From: Candidatus Berkelbacteria bacterium
GTDB lineage: Bacteria > Patescibacteriota > UBA1384 > XYA2-FULL-43-10 > 1-14-0-10-43-13
NCBI GenBank assembly: GCA_037140515.1
Contig: JBAXEI010000004.1
Coordinates: 8,453 to 72,452, forward strand
Length of the DNA stretch: 64,000 bases
Direction: 5' to 3'
Every line of letters begins with the position of its first letter. Position 1 is the first letter of the stretch. The position numbers and the translations under genes are program-made. The notes under the pieces were generated by a model. That model was given only the letters and a program-made list of their open reading frames with translations. It ran no database searches and had not been told where the DNA came from. Positions 57,900 through 64,000 of the stretch are shown piece after piece.

Positions 57900-57932
57900 A
57901 AAAAAAGTGATCCGAACCTCGGGTCACTTTTT
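57900..57932. terminator. Bidirectional terminator
   Basis: AAAAAAAGTGATCCGA-acc-TCGGGTCACTTTTT. Confidence 0.8.
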
Positions 57933-58025
57933 AATATACGTATTTATTGTTCAAGTCTATGCAGCAGGTGAAAAACTATTATTTTTACTTCTCAACCCGC
58001 TAGCTTCACGGAGTCGAAGAATAAA

Positions 58026-60527
58026 TTATTTAATCATTTCAAGCGTAATCTGATATTTGTCGCCTTCCTTCAGCTCGCCTCTTAGAACTTTATCGGCAAG
58101 AAGGTTCTCTAGCTTCTCCTCTATAACCCGCTGCATCGGACGAGCGCCCATTTCTGGGTCAAAGCCTAGCTCGGACAGATAAGCGATGGCGTCCTCGGCT
58201 ACAGTGATCTCAATGCCTTGTGTTTCCTGAATAGTTTTCTTGAGCGTGTCGATCATCAACTTCGCGATTTGTACAATCTCTGCTTGACTGAGCGGAGCAA
58301 AAGCAATAACCGCGCTAAAACGATTTAGTAGCTCAGCACGAAATAAATGCTGATCAACAATATAGCTAGTCAATTTTGCGGACACCTTACTGAAATCGAT
58401 ACCCTCTTTGATCGACTGATAAATAAGCTCGGAACCAGCATTTGAGGTAGCAATGATAATTGTATTAGCGAAGGAAACTTTTTTGCCTTCACCATCGGTC
58501 AGAAGTCCCTCATCAAGAATTTGTAAGAATAAGTTTAGGATATCAGGCTCTGCTTTCTCAATTTCATCAAAAAGTAAAAGCGAAAAAGGATTTTCCCGAA
58601 CTGCAGTCGTGAGATTCCCCTGCTCTGTACGGCTACCTATCAAGCGATATATGTCATCTTTATTTTGATACTCGCTCATGTCATATCTAATCATTTTGGC
58701 TTCCCCTCCAAAATAAACGTTTGCTAGCGCCTTTGCAGTAGCAGTCTTGCCGACACCTGTTGGGCCAAGAAAAAGAAATGAGCCGATAGGTTTGTGTGTA
58801 TCAGTGACCTTCGCTCGAGCACGACGGAGAGCATTCGCGATAGAATCAACAGCCATTGCTTGTCCGATTACAAGTGCGTGCATTTTTTGTTCAAGATTTA
58901 GTAGAATCTCCTGTTCCTTTGCTGCGACATCGCCAGTAGGTAAATCATACTTCTCAGCAATATAGCTTTCGATGTCTGCTGGGAGGATAATTGTTTCGCC
59001 TCTAGCCGCCACTGCTCTCGTCACCGCACCGTCAATAAGGCCTATAGATTTCTCAGGATTTGGCTGATTCAAGATATATTTGCTAGCCGCTTTGATCGCA
59101 GCTTTAATCGCTTCATATGAAACGATAGCTTTTGTTTGATATTCAATAGTAGGTATAGTGTCTTCAAGAACAGAAACCATTGCCTTGTCATCTGGCTCTC
59201 GCACGGTAACTTTCACAAAACGTTTTGCTAGAGCTCCATTTGGCAATATTGTGTTATTGTAGCCAGCAACGTCGCAAGAGCCAACAATGTGAATTTCATT
59301 GCTATCTAGATATGGCAAAATTACTTCTGACAAATTCGCTTTGCCGACAGTGTCACCGGAGAAAAGATTATCAATGTTTTCAATATATAGAATGACATTT
59401 CCAGCGCTGGCAGTCTCACTAAAAACTCTGCCGACCTTCTCCATCAGGGCACCCGGATCGGCTTCACCAGAAAGTAACGATTCTATATCGAGCTGAAATA
59501 TATGTCGTTTATTAAGAGTCGGATTGAGGTTTCCATTAACCAAATTCTTGACAAAGCCTAAGATTATTGTGCGCTTGCCAATCCCCGCATCGCCAACCAT
59601 GATCACGTTGCCGTTTGCCTGGCTCAAAAGTGCTTCTTCGATCTCACGAATCTCCTTTTCTCTAGCAATCACTTCAAGACTTAGACCGTATTCGCGAATC
59701 GATTCTGTAAGATCCATAGAATACATTCTAAGAAAGTTAGTATAACCAAAAACCCAATCTCGGCCTATGCCACCTGTCATTTTGAAACGACGATAATTGA
59801 ACACTCCCTCATTTTCGTCGACCTTATCATCTAGGGTCGCCTGCCAATGAACAATATTTGCGATGTCATCTGCGTTTAACCTTAAGTTTTTTAAGATTCC
59901 TTGGAAAAAAGCGTCGGAATCACAGAAAGCCCAAAAAACGTCCACGGCGGATATTTCTTTTCGATTTGCAATGATGGCCAAATCCAGAGCGTGCGCTATG
60001 AGATTGGTAGTTGATGTCGAAGAAGGATAGTTGCTGGTAATAATATTTATAATGTCTTCTTTACCCAAGCCAAGACGCAAAAGGATGAAGTTTATTTCAC
60101 GCGTATCCATGACCGCAAGTGCAAGGTTCTGCATTGTTTCAGAAACAGCATCTTTGCTGCCATACATTTTTTCCGTTGAGGCAGCAAAATCATAAGAAAA
60201 AAGAGCGTAGAGATTGACGATTTTACCCTCTGCAATGCGCTTTTTTGCCTCGGACAAAGATATCCTAGGCCTTCTGACTTTAGCAATAAAAAATTTTCTA
60301 AAAGCTAGATATACCAAGAAAACTGCAAGCAAAAGCAGGCAAAGACCGATAATTCTAAGATCAAAATGGTATAGAAACGAGCTTCCCAATACCAAGATCG
60401 AGCAAACACCCAACAACCAAACTGCAAAGAAAATAATGCGGAAGATAAAATTGGAGAAATATTTCGTCAAAACAACAGCTTTGTGAATAGTTGTCCCCGC
60501 AGGCCTAATGGTGATTTCAGTTTGCAT
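58026..60527 (-). CDS. Membrane-anchored ClpA/B-family AAA+ ATPase
   Basis: Two N-terminal TM; D1 GDAGIGKRT; D2 GSFLFLGPTGVGKT, FDEIEKA, ELLNRF, GARPMQR. Confidence 0.88.
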   Translation of the reverse strand: MQTEITIRPAGTTIHKAVVLTKYFSNFIFRIIFFAVWLLGVCSILVLGSSFLYHFDLRIIGLCLLLLAVFLVYLAFRKFFIAKVRRPRISLSEAKKRIAEGKIVNLYALFSYDFAASTEKMYGSKDAVSETMQNLALAVMDTREINFILLRLGLGKEDIINIITSNYPSSTSTTNLIAHALDLAIIANRKEISAVDVFWAFCDSDAFFQGILKNLRLNADDIANIVHWQATLDDKVDENEGVFNYRRFKMTGGIGRDWVFGYTNFLRMYSMDLTESIREYGLSLEVIAREKEIREIEEALLSQANGNVIMVGDAGIGKRTIILGFVKNLVNGNLNPTLNKRHIFQLDIESLLSGEADPGALMEKVGRVFSETASAGNVILYIENIDNLFSGDTVGKANLSEVILPYLDSNEIHIVGSCDVAGYNNTILPNGALAKRFVKVTVREPDDKAMVSVLEDTIPTIEYQTKAIVSYEAIKAAIKAASKYILNQPNPEKSIGLIDGAVTRAVAARGETIILPADIESYIAEKYDLPTGDVAAKEQEILLNLEQKMHALVIGQAMAVDSIANALRRARAKVTDTHKPIGSFLFLGPTGVGKTATAKALANVYFGGEAKMIRYDMSEYQNKDDIYRLIGSRTEQGNLTTAVRENPFSLLLFDEIEKAEPDILNLFLQILDEGLLTDGEGKKVSFANTIIIATSNAGSELIYQSIKEGIDFSKVSAKLTSYIVDQHLFRAELLNRFSAVIAFAPLSQAEIVQIAKLMIDTLKKTIQETQGIEITVAEDAIAYLSELGFDPEMGARPMQRVIEEKLENLLADKVLRGELKEGDKYQITLEMIK

Positions 60528-60928
60528 TAGAAGAGTCCTAAACTATATTTAAGTCCGAAGTAAATCAAGGCAACAATTATTAGCGGAAAAAATATCCAAA
60601 ATATTATGTATGCAGACATAAGAACAAAGAATATTGCTATCATGATCAGATAGGTCAGAAGTGTGCCAAGCTTGACACAAAAGCCAACAATAACAGACGC
60701 CAAATTCAGAACCATCGACTCAAACATCGCTTTGATATTGAAGCCAGGTCCATCGTAAGTGACCGTGTCCCGTCGCCAAACAGAAAACAAGGTAGTCAGA
60801 CAAATCTTCACAGAAAAAAAATCATAAAGATATGCAAGCAGATGTTTAAAATAGCTAAAAGTGGCAGTAAGCATTTCGCCATACCACCAACTTATAAACA
60901 TTAGGCTTAAGTCTTTCCCCTCAGTCAT
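60527..60928 (-). CDS. Small membrane protein coupled to the Clp ATPase
   Basis: WWYGE, DFFSV-L-TLFS-WRRD, hydrophobic C-half; TAATG overlap. Confidence 0.75.
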   Translation of the reverse strand: MTEGKDLSLMFISWWYGEMLTATFSYFKHLLAYLYDFFSVKICLTTLFSVWRRDTVTYDGPGFNIKAMFESMVLNLASVIVGFCVKLGTLLTYLIMIAIFFVLMSAYIIFWIFFPLIIVALIYFGLKYSLGLF

Positions 60929-60943
60929 AACTTTTTTGCGATA

Positions 60944-61189
60944 TTATTCTTCTTCTGGTTTGTCGTCTTTGTTTGAATCTAGAACAGAAATTGCAGCAAC
61001 CGGGCAGCTTGCAACGGCTTCGTCTATTAGGTCAGCATCTTCTTCCTTGTATGGTGCGATTGCATTGGCAAGGCCGTCTTCAAGCTGAAAATAATCAGGT
61101 GCAACACCCTCACAAGTTCCGCAACCAATGCAAACATTGTGATCAACTACAATTTTCTTAGTGCTTTTCTCTTCATCTTTTTCGCCCAT
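60944..61189 (-). CDS. Single-cluster ferredoxin
   Basis: CIGCGTC...AP-YF...CPVAAI; GAGGAG RBS before MGEKD. Confidence 0.9.
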   Translation of the reverse strand: MGEKDEEKSTKKIVVDHNVCIGCGTCEGVAPDYFQLEDGLANAIAPYKEEDADLIDEAVASCPVAAISVLDSNKDDKPEEE

Positions 61190-61254
61190 AATACTCCTCA
61201 AATAATTATTTGTTTACGTTCACATTATAATAGAAAGATTGGCCGCTTGCAATC

Positions 61255-61291
61255 AAAAAAATACCTCCGCATTGCTACGAAGGTATTTTTT
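61255..61291 (-). terminator. Terminator after the RRM gene
   Basis: AAAAAAATACCT...AGGTATTTTTT. Confidence 0.75.
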
Positions 61292-61306
61292 ATAGTTTCG
61301 AGAATA

Positions 61307-61612
61307 TTATTCTGCGTCTCTATCTTTTTTTGGTCTTGCAAAGTCAACTTTGATTGCGCGGCCAGCAATTTCTTTGCCGTCCATGCCTTCTTTTGCTGCT
61401 GTTGCTTCTTCGACGGTCGCAAATTCGACGAAAGCGAAGCCCTTTGATCGGCCGGTGTCTGGGTATTTAACAACTGATGCAGAAACGACCTCACCAAATG
61501 CTCCGAAAGCAGTTTGAAGGTCCTCATCAGTAGCAGCCCAAGCTAATCCGCCAATAAAAAGTTTTTGATTTGGCTCTGCAGGGGTTTCATCCCTGTCTGT
61601 AACATTGTCCAT
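61307..61612 (-). CDS. RRM RNA-binding protein
   Basis: RNP2 LFIGGL and RNP1 KGFAFVEF. Confidence 0.95.
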   Translation of the reverse strand: MDNVTDRDETPAEPNQKLFIGGLAWAATDEDLQTAFGAFGEVVSASVVKYPDTGRSKGFAFVEFATVEEATAAKEGMDGKEIAGRAIKVDFARPKKDRDAE

Positions 61613-61805
61613 TGTACTTATTTAGATTTAATTAGTAGTCAAAAACCCTAAATTCACAAATCAGCTGAATTAACGCTAGCACTCTAATCTAAATCTAACC
61701 TCGTTAAACTTCTAATTGATTCAGCTCTCGACCTATAGCTTAATCAAATGATAGAGGAATTTAGAAAAAAAATCCATATACTTTTGGAAATATCATCATT
61801 TATTG

Positions 61806-62420
61806 TTAGAAAAGATGGACAAAAATTTGAGGATATATTTTCACAGACTGATAAATCACATATACCAGTAAAATATTGACAAGTGGATAAAGAAGCAGGT
61901 TTTCAAACCATTTTCCTGTCTTGATTCGCATCTTCTCGAAAGGGTCTGGCGGAATACCAAAGTGGTAGCCAATCGGAAAAAGGATTGGAACGCCAGCCTC
62001 AGTCAAGGAGTCAGCGAATAAATGCGAAAAGTAGCCGATCACAAAGGCGAGAATCGCGTTGTGCATATCGAGAGATGGATAGAAGCCAAAGATTAATTTA
62101 GCTAACAGATAGAAGAGAAAAGTGAATATCGCCATGCCAAGAATTGAATGAGACAAGTGCCTATGGCCGCCGAGAAAAGCAGGGTGAATCAAGCGACCGA
62201 TGAAGGAGCCAGCGGGAATCTTGTGCCAAAGCTCCCCAGTCGGTGTATCGAGATCCGGCGCACTCGCCCCGAGCCATGTAGAGAGAACTAAAGTCAAAAT
62301 CAACGCAGGCGAAAACAGAAGACATGATTCTCCATTTGCGCCACAACGAGCGGACATAATTAGCAAAAAGAATGTCGCTGAGAAAAGCATGCCGGTAGAT
62401 AAATGTGTTTTGTAAGTCAT
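61806..62420 (-). CDS. YdjM-like membrane metal-dependent hydrolase
   Basis: MTYKTH, PDLD, HRHLSHS, GYFSHLFAD-LT-GVP. Confidence 0.9.
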   Translation of the reverse strand: MTYKTHLSTGMLFSATFFLLIMSARCGANGESCLLFSPALILTLVLSTWLGASAPDLDTPTGELWHKIPAGSFIGRLIHPAFLGGHRHLSHSILGMAIFTFLFYLLAKLIFGFYPSLDMHNAILAFVIGYFSHLFADSLTEAGVPILFPIGYHFGIPPDPFEKMRIKTGKWFENLLLYPLVNILLVYVIYQSVKIYPQIFVHLF

Positions 62421-62480
62421 AGAGCTAATTATACCCGAAAAATATTTATCTGCATAAAAAAAGGAAGCCGACTGTCACTG

Positions 62481-63059
62481 TCAAGCTTCCTTACGGAATG
62501 TTTTGATAAGATAATCCATCTTATCTGGAGTTGAAATTTTATCCCAAAATTGTCGGATAAAATCATAAGCCCAAGCATTTGCTTCGATATTCGCTAAGCG
62601 AATAATCTCAGCGTTATGAGCACGCATCAACTTCTCGTTGAAACTATCAACCGGTGTAATAACACGTCTTTTCACGACGTTTCGCTCGCCTTCAAGCTGA
62701 AGCAAGTTGCACCAGTGATGAGCGGTGATAAATGCTATAAACAGCGGATGCGAGATATCGCTCATCGAACAACCAAAATGATTTTGCGCAAACGAATTGT
62801 ATGCGACTAAAGACGAATCATGTTTTTTCTCGATTGCCCAATCACTATCTCTGGCAAGCAGAGTGATGACTGGCCTGTAATCATGAATTGGATCACCAAA
62901 CGACTTGTTTGGCTCAGCTGAAATTTTGCAAGCGCCAATTTCAACTTTCAAAGCACTGATCTTCGCAAAAGGATGTTCATCCTGAAGCAAAAGAAGTGTT
63001 CTAGCGACTACTGGCGTTTGACCGCCAGCATGCAGGTAAAGCGAAGAAATGTTTGTCAT
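62481..63059 (-). CDS. Hypothetical protein
   Basis: 192 aa, GGAGG RBS. Confidence 0.7.
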   Translation of the reverse strand: MTNISSLYLHAGGQTPVVARTLLLLQDEHPFAKISALKVEIGACKISAEPNKSFGDPIHDYRPVITLLARDSDWAIEKKHDSSLVAYNSFAQNHFGCSMSDISHPLFIAFITAHHWCNLLQLEGERNVVKRRVITPVDSFNEKLMRAHNAEIIRLANIEANAWAYDFIRQFWDKISTPDKMDYLIKTFRKEA

Positions 63060-63150
63060 ATTCTTCTCCTCCGTTTTGTAGCGGTATCAACTATGAATAA
63101 CACAAAACAGCGCAAATAGATAGTCTCTGCGCTGTTTTTACAAAATGTTT

Positions 63151-63239
63151 TGTCATTCTCGCGAAGGCGGGAATCTATATAATGACTTGGATCCCCAGGC
63201 ATCACTCTCAGAGCCACATTGCGGATCCTGAGGATGACA
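63151..63239. repeat. REP-like double-hairpin element, copy 5, with a 27-nt loop insert
   Basis: TGTCATTCTCGC-gaag-GCGGGAATCTATAT...TGGATCCCCAGG-(27 nt)-CCTGAGGATGACA. Confidence 0.85.
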
Positions 63240-63263
63240 AAAAGATTTGTCGCCAAAAAGTTC

Positions 63264-63950
63264 TTATCTTATACCGACTTCTCCGACGTAACCCTCCATG
63301 ATCTTCTTGGCTTCGAGCAGATCATCTTTCGAAAGTGGCAAATATTCTTTAGTTGAGTTTACATGTTTGGACTGGACAAAATTTTGTAGAAAATAGCGTT
63401 TGGCCCCTTTGATCATCTTCCCTAGCTCTTCGAAATCCGCAACTTCATGTATCGGCTTGCAAACAGTCGTTCGAAATTCGTAATCAATCCCCGACTCCAT
63501 CACTAGCTTGATGGATTTTTTAACGTCGGCGATTTTGATCTTCGTCCCTGCGGCGGTAGCATATTTATCTGGCGAAGCTTTGATATCCATCGCGATATAG
63601 TCCACATCGCCGTCTTTGATGATCTTCTCAAGCATGTCTGGGTAAGAACCATTTGTATCCAATTTAACATCAAAACTTAGTGCTTTTAGATGAGAAATGA
63701 ATGTGTCGATGTCTGGCTGCATCAGAGGCTCGCCACCCGTGATACAAATCCCCGTCAGCTTGCCATAGCGAGTTTCTAGAAAATCAAAAACTTGTTGCTC
63801 GTCAAGAAGTGCGCTGTATTTCTCTGGCAAGACCAGCTCTGGATTGTGGCAAAAAGGACAACGAAAGGAGCAGCCACGAGTAAAAATGGTCGCGGCCACA
63901 TGACCAGGGAAATCGACTAAAGTAATTTTTTGAATTCCGGCTATCTGCAT
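63264..63950 (-). CDS. nrdG: Anaerobic ribonucleotide reductase activating enzyme (radical SAM)
   Basis: TLVDFPG, GCSFRCPFCHNPEL (CxxxCxxC), ITGGEP, KLDTNG, YEFRTT; AAGGA RBS before MQIAG. Confidence 0.88.
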   Translation of the reverse strand: MQIAGIQKITLVDFPGHVAATIFTRGCSFRCPFCHNPELVLPEKYSALLDEQQVFDFLETRYGKLTGICITGGEPLMQPDIDTFISHLKALSFDVKLDTNGSYPDMLEKIIKDGDVDYIAMDIKASPDKYATAAGTKIKIADVKKSIKLVMESGIDYEFRTTVCKPIHEVADFEELGKMIKGAKRYFLQNFVQSKHVNSTKEYLPLSKDDLLEAKKIMEGYVGEVGIR

Positions 63951-63972
63951 ATTTTCCTTATAAAAATCAAAG

Positions 63973-64000
63973 GGGCCTCCCATTTGTACTCGAGAGGCCC
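63973..64000 (-). terminator. Hairpin upstream of nrdG, probably terminating a gene outside the window
   Basis: GGGCCTC...GAGGCCC inverted repeat. Confidence 0.5.

Noticed and set aside
61225-61527. Alternative-frame ORF in the RRM gene, and the many antisense ORFs in eno, dnaK, ftsH and others
   Set aside because: They are shadow frames of well-supported genes.

Overview
A gene-dense chromosomal segment, mostly on the minus strand, from a small-genome bacterium using the standard genetic code. Gene content (split ComEC, short TsaB and DnaJ, a DUF5663-like protein, a membrane-anchored Clp ATPase, many single-TM orphans) suggests Patescibacteria/CPR; this is an inference. The housekeeping backbone includes eno, gpmI, tsaBE, queA, queH, ruvABC, yebC, comEC, grpE, dnaK, dnaJ, lepA, nfo, murJ, ftsH, tilS, nrdG and five tRNAs (Asp, Lys, Met-e, fMet, Ile2). 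I found no CRISPR array, integrase, transposase or prophage. Top leads: (1) a locus beside tRNA-Asp encoding a ~1013-aa protein with PYEP repeats, a glycine-rich hydrophobic core and a C-terminal GT-A domain, convergent with a GT2-TPR enzyme; (2) a seven-gene sugar island inside the ruvC-ruvA operon with a fused Ggs/Mgs-like plus GpgS glycosylglycerate synthase; (3) a family of modular palindromic repeats with shared arms and variable loop inserts; (4) a duplicated tRNA-Met 5' fragment with a 41-nt double-hairpin insertion in its D-loop; (5) a non-CIRCE palindrome and an anti-SD hairpin at the dnaK promoter; (6) a membrane-anchored Clp ATPase with a degenerate first ring. All family calls come from motifs recognised by eye; no database searches were run.
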